Positions 1 to 10,249 are shown, counted from the first letter of the stretch. The stretch: 64,000 nucleotides of DNA from Thermoplasmata archaeon (GCA_035502455.1 DATJUI010000011.1:15951-79950), one strand, 5' to 3'. Translations and numbers: made by a program. Notes: generated by a model not told the origin, from the sequence alone.

Positions 1-54
1 GTCGGGAGAGTACGCCGAATGCACGTGCAGGTCGAGCCGGACCCCGTCGCTCAT
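1..54 (-). CDS. PHP-domain phosphoesterase, 5' fragment (runs off the window)
   Basis: Minus strand reads MSDGVRLDLHVHSAYSPD (DLHxHS..S.D PHP motif); ATG overlaps the metG stop as ATGA. Confidence 0.7.
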   Translation of the reverse strand, partial: MSDGVRLDLHVHSAYSPD

Positions 55-2318
55 CGCACCTTCGCCCCGATCGGCACCGGTTCGGCCGGGACCGCGGCCC
101 GGCCCTCCCCGAATCCGAGCACGTCGCCCCGGTCCGCCGTGTCGCTCGGCCGCCGCACGACCACCGTCGCTCCCTCGGGCCAGCGCCCCGGGACGTCCAC
201 GAGACGACCGCCCAGGTCGACCCGGCTGCCGGCGCCGTCGGCGCCCGGGCCGACGACGGTCCCGACGGCGAGCGGGGTGGCGGCGAACTCCTCGTACGAG
301 ATCGTGCGGCTCGACCCGTCCGCGCCGTCGATCCAGGCGCCGTTCGGGACCCCTTCGGGCGGCGCGAGCAGGACGGCGCGCGGACCGGCCTCGGCGGCGA
401 GCACCATCCCCTGCGAGGTCACCCGCCGGATCGTCCGCGGGGCGAGGTTCGCGAGGAGCAGGATGCGCCGATGCGGGAGGGCCTCGGCCGGGTACGACTC
501 GCGCAGCCCGGCGACGACGGTGCGCGGGGTCGCCTCCCCCGCGTCCACCCGCAGGACATAGAGCTTGTCGGCCGCCGGGTGGTTCTCGGCGTTCAGGATC
601 TCGGCCGCCCGAGCCGCGAGCGGCGCCGGTCCGTCCGGCGCCGGTGCGGGGACCGGCGCGCGAGGTGCCGGCTCCGCCCCCGCCGGGCGGGGGAACAGCG
701 GACGGATCTCGCCGAGGCGCTGGCCGGCGGGCGGCGGTTCCAGGGCCCGGTCCCAGTCCCCGGGCCCGGGCGGTTGCGGGTAGCCCAGCATCCGGTACAC
801 CTCCGCGCTCGAGAACGGCAGCACCGGCGCGAGCCACGTCGCGAGCGCCTTCACGCGCCAGATCGCCTCGGCCACGATACGCGCCCGCTCCGGATCCTCG
901 GCCCGCCACGGGCGGGCCTCGTGGAAGCGGCGGTTCGCCTCGCGGACCTGCTCGAGGGCGAGATCGAGCGCCTCCTTGAGGTGCACCCGGTCGTACTCCT
1001 CCGTGATCCGGGCGTGGGCCTCGCGCAGCCGCTGGGCGGCGCCGCCGAACGCGTCCTCGGGTCGGGCATCCTCCGGGAGCGCCGGGACCGTCCCGGCGTA
1101 CCGGTCGCGCGCCATCACCAGCGTCCGCTGGACGAGGTTGCCCCACTGGTTCGCGAGGACCTCGTCCCGCAGCTGGTGGAACTCCGTCCAGTTGAGCTCG
1201 GTGTCGTGGTTCTGCGGCGCGAGCAGCGCGGCGTAGAACCGGATCACGTCGGGCGGGTACCGCGCGAGCAGCGACGGGACGAACGGGTCGGCCTCCTCGG
1301 TCCGGCTCTTCGAGATCTTCCTCCCCTCGGCGACGAGCCACTCGTTCGCCGGCACGTCGTACGGCAGCGCGAGCCCTTCCACCCCGAGCAGGATGCCGGG
1401 CCAGACGATCGTGTGGTGGAACTTGTTGTCCTTGCCGATGAAGTAGTACTGGCGGACCGGCTCGCGCGGGTCCCAGTAGCGGCGCCAGGCCTCCGGCCGT
1501 CCCGCCCGGATCGCCCACTCCTTCGACGCCGAAAGATAGCCGATCAGCGCGTCGAACCAGACGTAGAACCGCTTCGTCCCGTATCCGTCGAGCGGGATCG
1601 GTACCCCCCAGTCGAGGTCCCGGGTGATCGGAGTGGGCCTCAGCCCCTCCGACAGGAAGTTCTCGGCGACGCGGAGGACGCCGGACCGCCAGTGGTCCGC
1701 CTGGGCGGCGATGTACTCGGTCAGCTTCGGCTGCAGCCGGTCGAGCTCGAGGTAGAAGTGCTCGGACGGGCGGAACTCCGCCGGGGTGGCGTCGATCGAG
1801 CAGCGCGGCTCACCGAGCTGCTTCGGCTCGAGCGGCCGTCCGCACCGGTCGCACTCGTCGCCGCGCGCCGACTCGAAGCCGCAGTACGGGCAGGTGCCGA
1901 TCAGGTAGCGGTCCGGCAGGAACCGCCGGTGCGTCGGGCAGTACGCGGCCTCCTCGGTGCGGCGACGGATGTACCGGTGCTCGAGGAGCGTCAGGAACAG
2001 CTCCTGGACCGTCCGCTCGTGCACGATCGTGTGGGTGCTCGTGTAGAGGTCGAACGAGAAGCCGAGCCGCTCGAACGCGTCCCGGTTGACCGCGTGGTAC
2101 CGCTCCGCGATCGCCTGCGGGGTCGTGCCCTCCCGCTCGGCCGTCACGAGGGTCGGGGTGCCGTGCATGTCGGAGCCCGACACGAACAGCACCTCGTGGC
2201 CCCTCAGCCGGTGGAATCGGGCGAAGATGTCGCCCGGCAGGTACGCGCCGGCGAGGTGGCCGATGTGGAACGGGCCGTTGGCGTACGGCCACGCGACGCC
2301 GACGAAGATGCGCTCCAT
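51..2318 (-). CDS. metG: Methionine--tRNA ligase with C-terminal tRNA-binding OB domain(s)
   Basis: PYANGPFHIGH, SGSDMHG, Zn knuckle CPYC/CDRC, FYVWFDA, KISKS, C-terminal HPAADKLY..SQGM. Confidence 0.97.
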   Translation of the reverse strand: MERIFVGVAWPYANGPFHIGHLAGAYLPGDIFARFHRLRGHEVLFVSGSDMHGTPTLVTAEREGTTPQAIAERYHAVNRDAFERLGFSFDLYTSTHTIVHERTVQELFLTLLEHRYIRRRTEEAAYCPTHRRFLPDRYLIGTCPYCGFESARGDECDRCGRPLEPKQLGEPRCSIDATPAEFRPSEHFYLELDRLQPKLTEYIAAQADHWRSGVLRVAENFLSEGLRPTPITRDLDWGVPIPLDGYGTKRFYVWFDALIGYLSASKEWAIRAGRPEAWRRYWDPREPVRQYYFIGKDNKFHHTIVWPGILLGVEGLALPYDVPANEWLVAEGRKISKSRTEEADPFVPSLLARYPPDVIRFYAALLAPQNHDTELNWTEFHQLRDEVLANQWGNLVQRTLVMARDRYAGTVPALPEDARPEDAFGGAAQRLREAHARITEEYDRVHLKEALDLALEQVREANRRFHEARPWRAEDPERARIVAEAIWRVKALATWLAPVLPFSSAEVYRMLGYPQPPGPGDWDRALEPPPAGQRLGEIRPLFPRPAGAEPAPRAPVPAPAPDGPAPLAARAAEILNAENHPAADKLYVLRVDAGEATPRTVVAGLRESYPAEALPHRRILLLANLAPRTIRRVTSQGMVLAAEAGPRAVLLAPPEGVPNGAWIDGADGSSRTISYEEFAATPLAVGTVVGPGADGAGSRVDLGGRLVDVPGRWPEGATVVVRRPSDTADRGDVLGFGEGRAAVPAEPVPIGAKVR

Positions 2319-2425
2319 CGACCCTCCGCGGCTATCGAGCCGGGGTCTGCCCTATAGGCTTTCGCCGGACGGTTCCGCCCCCTCACCCGAGCGTCTTTAT
2401 TCCCGGACCTCTCCCTCCGTCGCCC

Positions 2426-3334
2426 GTGTCCGACGACGAAGCCCCGATGGTCCGGCCGTCGGTCCCCGAGGCCGACCGCCGGATCGGGGTCCGGTACCCC
2501 GTCCTCTCCCACGGCTTCGTGGCGCTGGTCGACTACATGGGCAACGACGCCTCGATCGTCCAGGCGGCACGGGTCTCCTACGGCGCGGGGACCCGGTCCG
2601 TGCGCGACGACCGCGGGCTGATCCGGTACCTGCTGCGGCATCGCCACACGACCCCGTTCGAAATGGTGGAGTTCAAGTTCCTCGTCCGGCTCCCGATCTA
2701 CATCGCCCGTCAGTGGATCCGGCACCGCACCGCCTCGGTGAACGAGTACAGCGCCCGGTTCTCCGTCATGCCGGACGAGTTCGAGCTGCCCGCGGAGTCG
2801 GAGATCCGGCGGCAGTCGTCCCGGAACCGACAGGGCCGGGACGAGGCGCTGCCGCCCGACGTGGCCCGCCGCTTCCGCGACGATCTCGCCCGCACCTCGG
2901 CCGAGGCGTACGCCGCGTACCAGCGGGCGCTCAAGGACGGGGTGGCGCGGGAGACCGCCCGGCTCCTCCTGCCGCTGGCCTACTACACCGAGTGGTACTG
3001 GAAGATCGACCTCTGGAACCTGCTCCACTTCCTGTCGCTGCGGCTCGACCCGCACGCCCAGGAGGAGATCCGGCTCTACGCCGCCGAGATCGCGGCGACC
3101 GCGCGCATCGTCTGCCCGATCGCCTTCGAGGCGTTCGAGGAGTTCGTGCTCGGGTCGACGTCGCTGAGCCGGCGCGAGGGCGTGGCCGTGGCCGCGCTCT
3201 TGAAGGGCGCCACGCCCGAGGCGGCGTGCGCGACGGCGGGACTCCCGCTCGTCCGCGACGACGGGCGCCCCCTGGCGAGCGGGGAAGGCGTCGAGTTCCT
3301 GGAGAAGCTCGAGCGGATCCGTTCGCTCGACTGA
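2426..3334 (+). CDS. thyX: FAD-dependent thymidylate synthase
   Basis: AARVSY, HTTPFE, RQWIRHRTASVNEYSARF, HAQEEIR motifs. Confidence 0.95.
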   Translation: MSDDEAPMVRPSVPEADRRIGVRYPVLSHGFVALVDYMGNDASIVQAARVSYGAGTRSVRDDRGLIRYLLRHRHTTPFEMVEFKFLVRLPIYIARQWIRHRTASVNEYSARFSVMPDEFELPAESEIRRQSSRNRQGRDEALPPDVARRFRDDLARTSAEAYAAYQRALKDGVARETARLLLPLAYYTEWYWKIDLWNLLHFLSLRLDPHAQEEIRLYAAEIAATARIVCPIAFEAFEEFVLGSTSLSRREGVAVAALLKGATPEAACATAGLPLVRDDGRPLASGEGVEFLEKLERIRSLD

Positions 3335-3378
3335 GCGCCCAGCGGCAATCGTATACGCGCCGCTCGGCTGGCGCGTTC

Positions 3379-4872
3379 ATGGCCGCGGTGCACGGACTGT
3401 TCATCGACAATGCGGAGGTCCCGCCCGACGGGCGCGCGACGAGCGACGTCATCGATCCCGCGGACGGGAGCGTGGTCGGCACGGTGGCGCGGGCGACCCG
3501 CGACGACGCCCGGGCCGCGATGGACTCCGCCGCGCGGGCGCAACCGAAGTGGGAGGCGATCGGGGCCGCCGCCCGCGGGAAGATCCTGCTGCGGGCCGCC
3601 GAACGGCTCCGGGGCCGCGCGGAGGAGCTCGCGCGCCTCATCACCCGCGAGATGGGCAAGGTGCTCTTCGAGAGCCGCGGCGAGGTCGACGGCGCGATCG
3701 ACAATCTCGAGTACTACCCCGCGTTCGCCCGGACCCTGACGGGCGACGAGGTGAGCGGCCTCCCGACCGGGGAGACGATGCGCCTGATCTGGCTGCCCCG
3801 CGGCGTGACCGTCGGGATCACGCCCTGGAACTTCCCCGCCGCGACGGTGACCCGGAAGATCGCGCCGGCGCTCGTCGGCGGCAACACGATGGTGCTGAAG
3901 CCGTCGAGCAACACCCCGCTCTCGTCGCTGCTCCTCGGCGAGGTCCTGCGGGACGCGGGGCTGCCGCCGGGCGTACTGAACGTCGTACCGGGGCCTGGCG
4001 CCGAGATGGGCCCGGCGCTGATCGGCCACCGCGCCTGCTCGACGGTGACCCTCACGGGCTCGACGGCGAGCGGGGTCGAGGTGCTGCACCTGGCGGCCCC
4101 CGGCGTCGTCAAGTGCCTGCTGGAGCTCGGCGGCAAGGCCCCGGTCCTGGTCCACCGCGACGCCGACCTCGACTGGGCCGCCCGGGCGACGGTCTGGAGC
4201 CGCTTCTGGAACGCCGGCCAGGCGTGCATCGCGGCCGAACGCTGCTACGTGGACCGCGCCGTCGCCGACGCGTTCGTCGGCAAGGTCGCCGCGCTCGTCC
4301 GGGCGCTCCGGGTCGGGCCGGGCCTTCGGCCGGGCGTCGACGTGGGACCGATGTACGCCCGCAGCGCCCGCGACGCGGTCGCGGCCGAGGTGGCGCGGGC
4401 GGTCGCCGAAGGGGCGACGCCCGTCGTCGGCGGCTCCGCGCCGGACGACCCGGCGCTCGAGCACGGGGCGTTCTACCGCCCGACGGTGCTGACGGACGTC
4501 CACGAGGAGCACGCGATCGCGCAGGAGGAGATCTTCGGGCCGGTCCTCCCGGTCCTCACCTACGACGGCTGGGACGAGGCGATCCGGCTCGCGAACGACA
4601 GCCGCTACGGCCTCTCGAGCTACGTCTTCACGCGCGATCTCGCCCTCGCCGAGCGGGCGGCCCGCGAGATCCGATTCGGCGAGACGTACATCAATCGGGT
4701 CGGACCGGAGAACCCGCAGGGGTACCACGCCGGGTTCCGGCAGAGCGGCCTCGGCGGCGAGGGGACCGTCTGGGGGGTGCGCGACTACCTCCAGCTCAAG
4801 ACCGTCTACGTCGACTGGAAGGAGCCGCACGTCGCGGACTACTTCGCGCCGTACCCGGATCGGCCCGCCTGA
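3379..4872 (+). CDS. NAD(P)-dependent aldehyde dehydrogenase (resembles Thermoplasmatales D-glyceraldehyde dehydrogenase)
   Basis: ITPWNFP, TGSTASG, LELGGKAP, NAGQAC, EEIFGPV; ATG at 3379 lies inside ORF 2086..4872. Confidence 0.9.
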   Translation: MAAVHGLFIDNAEVPPDGRATSDVIDPADGSVVGTVARATRDDARAAMDSAARAQPKWEAIGAAARGKILLRAAERLRGRAEELARLITREMGKVLFESRGEVDGAIDNLEYYPAFARTLTGDEVSGLPTGETMRLIWLPRGVTVGITPWNFPAATVTRKIAPALVGGNTMVLKPSSNTPLSSLLLGEVLRDAGLPPGVLNVVPGPGAEMGPALIGHRACSTVTLTGSTASGVEVLHLAAPGVVKCLLELGGKAPVLVHRDADLDWAARATVWSRFWNAGQACIAAERCYVDRAVADAFVGKVAALVRALRVGPGLRPGVDVGPMYARSARDAVAAEVARAVAEGATPVVGGSAPDDPALEHGAFYRPTVLTDVHEEHAIAQEEIFGPVLPVLTYDGWDEAIRLANDSRYGLSSYVFTRDLALAERAAREIRFGETYINRVGPENPQGYHAGFRQSGLGGEGTVWGVRDYLQLKTVYVDWKEPHVADYFAPYPDRPA

Positions 4873-6178
4873 CCGCCAGGCCGACGTGCAGGTCGGTGAC
4901 GTTCGTCCCCGTCGGCCCCGTGATCCACAGCGACCCGAGCGCGCGCAGCGCCGGGTAGGCCGCGTGGGTCCGGATCGCCCGCTCGAGGTCGAGGCCGATC
5001 GCGCGCGCGCGGCGCAGCGACCGTCCGTCGGTCCACCCCCCGGCCGCGTCGGTCGGCCCGTCGATGCCGTCGGTCCCCAGCGACAGGACGACCGCCACGC
5101 GACCGGCGAGGCGGGGGGCGGCGACGAGCGCGAACTCCTGGTTCCGACCCCCCTTTCCCGGATGGCGTCCCAGCGTGACCGTCGTCTCGCCGCCTCCGAC
5201 CAGCCCGACCCGGGCGGCGGACCGGGAGCGGGCGTCGCGCAGGAGGGCCCGCGCGAAGCGGTCGGCGGCCGTGCAGGTCTCCCCCAGGACCGGTGCGCGG
5301 AGGACCCGGGTCGCGTACCCGAGCCGTCGGGCCGCCCGGGCGGCGCCGTCGACCGCGGTCCGGTTGCGCGCCGCGAGCACGTACGGCGCGCCCCGCCAGC
5401 GACGGTCGCCCGGCTTCGGGGTCTCGGGGATCGCGCCCGCCGCGCCCGCGCGGAGCCGACGGGCGACCGGCGCGGGGAGCCGGTGCGCAAGACCGTAGGT
5501 GCGGCCGGCCGCGAGGGCGTCCGCGAACGTCGACGGGTCCGGCACGGTCGGGCCCGAGGCGATGTCCTCGGGAGCGTCCCCGATCACGTCGCTGATCGCG
5601 ATCGTCGCGAATCGGTCCGCGCGCACGGCCCCGGCGAGCTGACCTCCTTTGAGGCGCGAGAGGTGCCGCCGGACCGCGTTCAGGGCGCCGATCGGCGCGC
5701 CCGAGGCGAGCAGGAGCTCGGTCGTGCGGGCGAGGTCGCCGATCGACAGTCCCGGGGCGGGCAGCTCGGCGACCGCCGAGCCGCCGCCGGAGAGCAAGAA
5801 CACCACGGCATCGCCGGGCGCCGTGGCCGCCACGTACGCGAGCAGCGCCGTCCCCGCGCGCACGCTGCCCGGGCCCGGGACCGGGTGCTCGCCGAAGACC
5901 ACGCGCAGCCCGGACCTCGGAGCGGGATATCCGCGGGGCGTCGCGACGACGCCCGGGGTCGTCGGGCCGAGGACGGACCGCGCCGCATCCGCCATCTCGC
6001 CGGCAGCCTTCCCGAGGGCGACGACGTGCACCGTCCCGCCCGGCGCGACGGGGAGCGAACGCGCCCCGACCGAGACCGTGCGCCCGCGCCGGCGGAGCGC
6101 GTGTCGGACCGCCGGCCCGGCCCGCACGGCCCGCACCCCGGCCGCCGCGATCCGGCGCGCGTCAGAGTCGAGGGTCAT
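4796..6178 (-). CDS. Glycerate 2-kinase (MOFRL/DUF4147 family)
   Basis: LGKAA, HPVP, LLSGGGSA, SDVIGD..IASGPT, GGETTV, GGRNQE, TDGIDG, TGPTGTNV. Confidence 0.93.
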   Translation of the reverse strand: MTLDSDARRIAAAGVRAVRAGPAVRHALRRRGRTVSVGARSLPVAPGGTVHVVALGKAAGEMADAARSVLGPTTPGVVATPRGYPAPRSGLRVVFGEHPVPGPGSVRAGTALLAYVAATAPGDAVVFLLSGGGSAVAELPAPGLSIGDLARTTELLLASGAPIGALNAVRRHLSRLKGGQLAGAVRADRFATIAISDVIGDAPEDIASGPTVPDPSTFADALAAGRTYGLAHRLPAPVARRLRAGAAGAIPETPKPGDRRWRGAPYVLAARNRTAVDGAARAARRLGYATRVLRAPVLGETCTAADRFARALLRDARSRSAARVGLVGGGETTVTLGRHPGKGGRNQEFALVAAPRLAGRVAVVLSLGTDGIDGPTDAAGGWTDGRSLRRARAIGLDLERAIRTHAAYPALRALGSLWITGPTGTNVTDLHVGLAVRRADPGTARSSPRRAAPSSRRRRS

Positions 6179-7361
6179 CCCCGCCCTCGAGGGTGAATCC
6201 GGGCTTCGGCTCGAACGAGAGCGGCCGGCCCGCGAGACGGTCAGGTCGCACGGGCGCCAGCGAGGCCCAGGCGTCGGGGGACGATGCGCCCGCGGCGAGG
6301 GCCTCCGCGAGCCGGGCCGCCACGCCGCCCGCCCGCATCACCCCGAAGCCGTTGAACCCGGCGACGACGTAGAGCTCCGCGTCGGCGTCGACGGGACCGA
6401 CCACCGGCCGGCGGTCCGGCGTCGCGGTGCAGACCCCCGCCCAGGCCCGGACGAGCTCCGCGTCGGCCCACCCGGGCACCGTCGCCGCGAACGTCTCGGC
6501 GACGTGGGCGACGAACGCCGCGTCGCCGCCCGGCGGGAAGCGGTCCGGGTCCGCTTCGACGTGCTCGGTGCCGTCCCCGGCCAGGATCCGCCCGCCCGAC
6601 TCGGGCCGGGCGTAGACGTCCGCGTCGAGGTCGTGCAGCGACGGGTGGGCCGCCCCCACGGCGACCGAGGGCCGCAGCACGGCGGCCTGCGTGCGATACG
6701 GGACGAGCGGGAGGGCGTGGCCGAGCTCGGCCAGCAGCCGCTTCGACCAGGCCCCCGCGGCGACGACGATCCGGCGCGCCCGGACGGTGTCGGACCCGAC
6801 GCGGAGGCGCCAGTGGCCCCCCGCCCGCTCGGGGGTCCGCATCGGGACGGCGAGGCGTACGTCGACGCCCTGGGCGCGGGCCGACTCCGCGTACAGCTCC
6901 GCGATCGCGCTCGGGGTCACCACCGCGTCGTCGGGCCCGTAGATCGCCCCGCGCACGCCGTCGAATCGGCCCGCGGGCACGAGCTCGGCGAGCGCGTCCG
7001 GGCCGACCGTCCGGACCTCGACGCCCCACCCCCGGAGCCGCTCGACCGACTCCTCGAGGAGCGCGGCGGTCCGCACGTCCCGCGTCCATCGTACGAAGCC
7101 GTTGACGGTGTACGCGGACGGGTCCCACCGCCCCGCGAGCTCGGCGTACTCGGCCTTCGAGGTCCGGGCGACCTCGACGTCCCACGGGTCCCACAGCTGC
7201 TCCGTGACGATGCCCGCCGCCCGCCCGGTCGCGCCGGCGGCCGGGGTGGCGGGATCGTAGAGGAGGATCGGCCCGACGTGCCGGGCCGCGAGGTGGTGCG
7301 CCAGCGCGCAGCCCGCGATCCCCGCCCCCAGGACCGCGACGTCGACGTCCGAGTCGGCCAC
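6162..7361 (-). CDS. FAD-dependent oxidoreductase, DAO/sarcosine oxidase beta family
   Basis: GAGIAG Rossmann motif, GATGRAAG, VVAAGAWS, WAG...TPDRRPVVG, AGFNGFG. Confidence 0.88.
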   Translation of the reverse strand: MADSDVDVAVLGAGIAGCALAHHLAARHVGPILLYDPATPAAGATGRAAGIVTEQLWDPWDVEVARTSKAEYAELAGRWDPSAYTVNGFVRWTRDVRTAALLEESVERLRGWGVEVRTVGPDALAELVPAGRFDGVRGAIYGPDDAVVTPSAIAELYAESARAQGVDVRLAVPMRTPERAGGHWRLRVGSDTVRARRIVVAAGAWSKRLLAELGHALPLVPYRTQAAVLRPSVAVGAAHPSLHDLDADVYARPESGGRILAGDGTEHVEADPDRFPPGGDAAFVAHVAETFAATVPGWADAELVRAWAGVCTATPDRRPVVGPVDADAELYVVAGFNGFGVMRAGGVAARLAEALAAGASSPDAWASLAPVRPDRLAGRPLSFEPKPGFTLEGGDDPRL

Positions 7362-7383
7362 GTCGCCCGGGAGGCGCCCGCGG

Positions 7384-8298
7384 TTAATACTGCGGCTTCG
7401 CCCGGGTGTACGCCTCGCGGAGCGCGGTCGTGTCGACGTGGGTATAGATCTGCGTCGTCGCGACGGAGGCGTGCCCGAGCAGCTTCTGGATGTAGCGGAT
7501 GTCGCAGCCCCGCGAGAGCAGCGCGGTCGCGAGCGTGTGCCGCAGCATGTGGGGCGTCACGCGACGCGGGATCGCGGCGGAGACCGCCGCCCGACGCACG
7601 ATCCGCTCGACGGTGACCGGCCCGACGGGGAACAGGCGGAGGCTCGAGACGCCGGCGAGCTGGCGATCGGAAAGGTACCGGTCGATCGCGGCCCGCGTGC
7701 GGTCCTCGAGCACGACCTCGCGGTCCTTGTCGCCCTTGCCGGACCGGACGTGGAGGATGTTGCGTTCGAACTCGATGTCCTCGAGCTGGAGATGGCACAG
7801 CTCGCTCACCCGAAGCCCGCCGAACGCGAGGACGTGGACGATCGCGCTGTCGCGCGGCGACGCCTTCACCGCGTCGAACAGCCGGTGCATCTCCTCCTCC
7901 GCGAGGTACCGCGGCAAGCGCTCGGGCCGGCGCGGGGGTTCCAACTGGTCGGCGACCGAGAAGCCGAAGCTGCGGAACAGGCAGGTGAGGCCGCGGACCG
8001 TCGTGTACACCGAGTTCTTCGAGTAGTGCCGCTGGAGGACGAGGTACTCGCGGAACCCCTCGAGGTCCCGGATCGTCACCTCGTCGAGCGGTTTCTGCGC
8101 GAACGCGAGGAAGGTCCGGGCGATGTGGCCGTACTGCTTGACCGTGCACGGGCTTCGCTCCTGGGCCTCGAGCATCCGCTGGAACCGGCCCACCAGCTCG
8201 GGGACGCTGAACGAGCCGACCTCCGGGGGGTCGGCGGGGGCCGTCCGCGGCCGCCGCGCGATCGCGCCCGAGCGGTCGACCCGCACCGTGGAGGCCAT
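7384..8298 (-). CDS. xerA: XerA-like tyrosine recombinase
   Basis: GLRVSE, GKGDKDR, TPHMLRH, LLGHAS..TTQIYTH catalytic residues; housekeeping context. Confidence 0.88.
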   Translation of the reverse strand: MASTVRVDRSGAIARRPRTAPADPPEVGSFSVPELVGRFQRMLEAQERSPCTVKQYGHIARTFLAFAQKPLDEVTIRDLEGFREYLVLQRHYSKNSVYTTVRGLTCLFRSFGFSVADQLEPPRRPERLPRYLAEEEMHRLFDAVKASPRDSAIVHVLAFGGLRVSELCHLQLEDIEFERNILHVRSGKGDKDREVVLEDRTRAAIDRYLSDRQLAGVSSLRLFPVGPVTVERIVRRAAVSAAIPRRVTPHMLRHTLATALLSRGCDIRYIQKLLGHASVATTQIYTHVDTTALREAYTRAKPQY

Positions 8299-8396
8299 CG
8301 CGGCTCTCTGCCCGGGGTCGCTTACTAAAGCGTATGGACGCAGAGGAAGACGATGCGCCGTGTCCCACGTAAATATCGCCGCGGCGATGCGCTGGC

Positions 8397-9338
8397 GTGC
8401 GCTGCGACCTCTGCGACGCGCCCGCGATCGTCGACCAGCCGTACCGCTCCGCCCACCTGTGCCGGAGCGACTTCCTCGCCTCCGTCGACGCGCGCGTCCG
8501 CGCGGAGTTCCACCGTCAGATCCCCGGCTTTGCCGGGGGGACGGTCGCGGTCGCGCTGTCGGGCGGCAAGGACTCGGCCGCGGCGCTGTTCCTCGCCCGG
8601 CGCTACTTCGAGCGGCGTCCGACCGTCCGGCTCGTCGCGATCACCGTGGACGAGGGGATCGCGGGGTACCGCGACCGGACGGTGGAGTCGGCCCGCGCTC
8701 TCACGGCCTCCCTGGGCGTCGAGCACCGGATCGTGCGGGCCGAGGCGGAGCTCGGGAGCACGACCGATCGGGCCGCCGGGGAGCTGCCGGGCACCGTGCC
8801 GTGCTCGTTCTGCGGCGTCTGGCGCCGGCAGCTGCTCAATCGCGCGGCCCGGGACGCCGGCGCGGACGCGATCGTGCTCGGCTTCAATCTCGACGACCTC
8901 GCGCAGACCGTCCTCATGAACCTCGTGCACGGCGACCTCGACCGGCTCGCTCGGATGGCGCCGCACCGGACCGCCCAACCGGGGCTGGTCCGCCGGCTGG
9001 CACCGCTCGCCGCGGTGCCCGAGCGCGAAGTGTTCCTGTACGCCCGGGAGCGGGGCCTCCCGTTCGATCACGGGGAGTGCCCGCATGCGGGGCGCGCGGC
9101 CCGCAACCTCTACCGGGAGATCGTCTGGCAGCTCGAGGAGGCCCGCCCGGGCACCCGCCAGTCGCTCCTCACGACCCACCGCCGGCTGGTCGAGCTGCTG
9201 CTGCGCGACCCGGCCCCTTCGGCGCCGAACCGCTGCCGGGCCTGCGGAGAGGCGGCGACGGGCGAGCTGTGCCGCGCGTGCACGTACCTCCGCCTCGCCC
9301 GTCCGACCGCGTGGGCCCCGATCGGGGCGACGCCGTGA
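8397..9338 (+). CDS. TtuA/Ncs6-like tRNA thiolation PP-loop protein (TIGR00269)
   Basis: N-terminal CxxC..HLC, SGGKDS PP-loop, CSFCGVWRR, NLDD, ECPH, C-terminal CxxC..CxxC. Confidence 0.9.
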   Translation: MRCDLCDAPAIVDQPYRSAHLCRSDFLASVDARVRAEFHRQIPGFAGGTVAVALSGGKDSAAALFLARRYFERRPTVRLVAITVDEGIAGYRDRTVESARALTASLGVEHRIVRAEAELGSTTDRAAGELPGTVPCSFCGVWRRQLLNRAARDAGADAIVLGFNLDDLAQTVLMNLVHGDLDRLARMAPHRTAQPGLVRRLAPLAAVPEREVFLYARERGLPFDHGECPHAGRAARNLYREIVWQLEEARPGTRQSLLTTHRRLVELLLRDPAPSAPNRCRACGEAATGELCRACTYLRLARPTAWAPIGATP

Positions 9339-10249
9339 TCGGCCCCGGCCCGACGGAGGCGGAGAGCGATCCCCGGGCCTCGGTCGCGCGCCGCGTCTTC
9401 GTCGTCGGGGCGGGGATCATGGGCAGCGGCATCGCGGCCCAGTGCGCGCTCGCCGGCTATCCCGTGACGCTCGAGGACGTCACCGAGGAGCTCGCGCGAC
9501 GGGGACTCGAGAACGCCCGCCGGGCGCTCGACCACGCGGTCGAGCGCCAGAAGATCGGGCCGGGGGATCGGGACGCGGCCCTTGCCCGCATCGACCTCGC
9601 GATCGGCCTGCGCCGGGCCGACTCGGCCCACGTCGTGATCGAGGCGGCGCCGGAGGACCTCGCCCTCAAGCGCCGGGTGTTCGCCGAGCTCGAGGCGGCG
9701 GCCGCGCCGACCGCGTGGCTGGCTTCGAACACCTCCTCGCTGCCGATCACGGCGATCGGCCAGGAGCTGAACGACCCCGGACGGCTCGTCGGCCTGCACT
9801 TCTTCAACCCGGTCCTTCAGATGCCGCTCGTGGAGCTGATCCCCGGCCACCGGACCCGTCCCGAGGTCACCGCGGCGGCCCGTTCGCTCGCGACGAGCCT
9901 CGGCAAGACGGTGGTGACCAGCGCGGACACGCCCGGGTTCGTCACGACGCGGGCGCTGGCCGTCCTGGTCAACGAGGCCGCGTGGATGCTGTACGAAGGC
10001 GTGGCGACGAAGGAGGACATCGACGCCGCGTACAAGCTCGGCTTCCACCACCCGATGGGCCCGTTCGAGCTGATCGACCTCGTCGGGATCGACACCGCCG
10101 TCGCGATCCTCGACGTGCTCTGGGACGGCTTCAAGGACAGCCGCTACCGGGCCTGCCCGTTGCTGCGGACGATGGTCGCGGCGAAGAAGCTCGGACGTAA
10201 GACGGGGGAAGGGTTCTACCCGTACCCCGCGGGAGAGGCGCGCGCATGA
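9335..10249 (+). CDS. 3-hydroxyacyl-CoA dehydrogenase
   Basis: GAGIMGSGIA, IEAAPE, SNTSSL, GLHFFNP, HPMGPFEL.D.VG.D, LGRKTGEGFY; GTG start overlaps previous stop. Confidence 0.93.
   Translation: MIGPGPTEAESDPRASVARRVFVVGAGIMGSGIAAQCALAGYPVTLEDVTEELARRGLENARRALDHAVERQKIGPGDRDAALARIDLAIGLRRADSAHVVIEAAPEDLALKRRVFAELEAAAAPTAWLASNTSSLPITAIGQELNDPGRLVGLHFFNPVLQMPLVELIPGHRTRPEVTAAARSLATSLGKTVVTSADTPGFVTTRALAVLVNEAAWMLYEGVATKEDIDAAYKLGFHHPMGPFELIDLVGIDTAVAILDVLWDGFKDSRYRACPLLRTMVAAKKLGRKTGEGFYPYPAGEARA

Noticed and set aside
7384..8298. Tyrosine recombinase as the integrase of a mobile element
   Set aside because: XerA-like size and motifs, housekeeping neighbours, no att repeats or phage/plasmid genes; no convincing dif-like dyad found nearby
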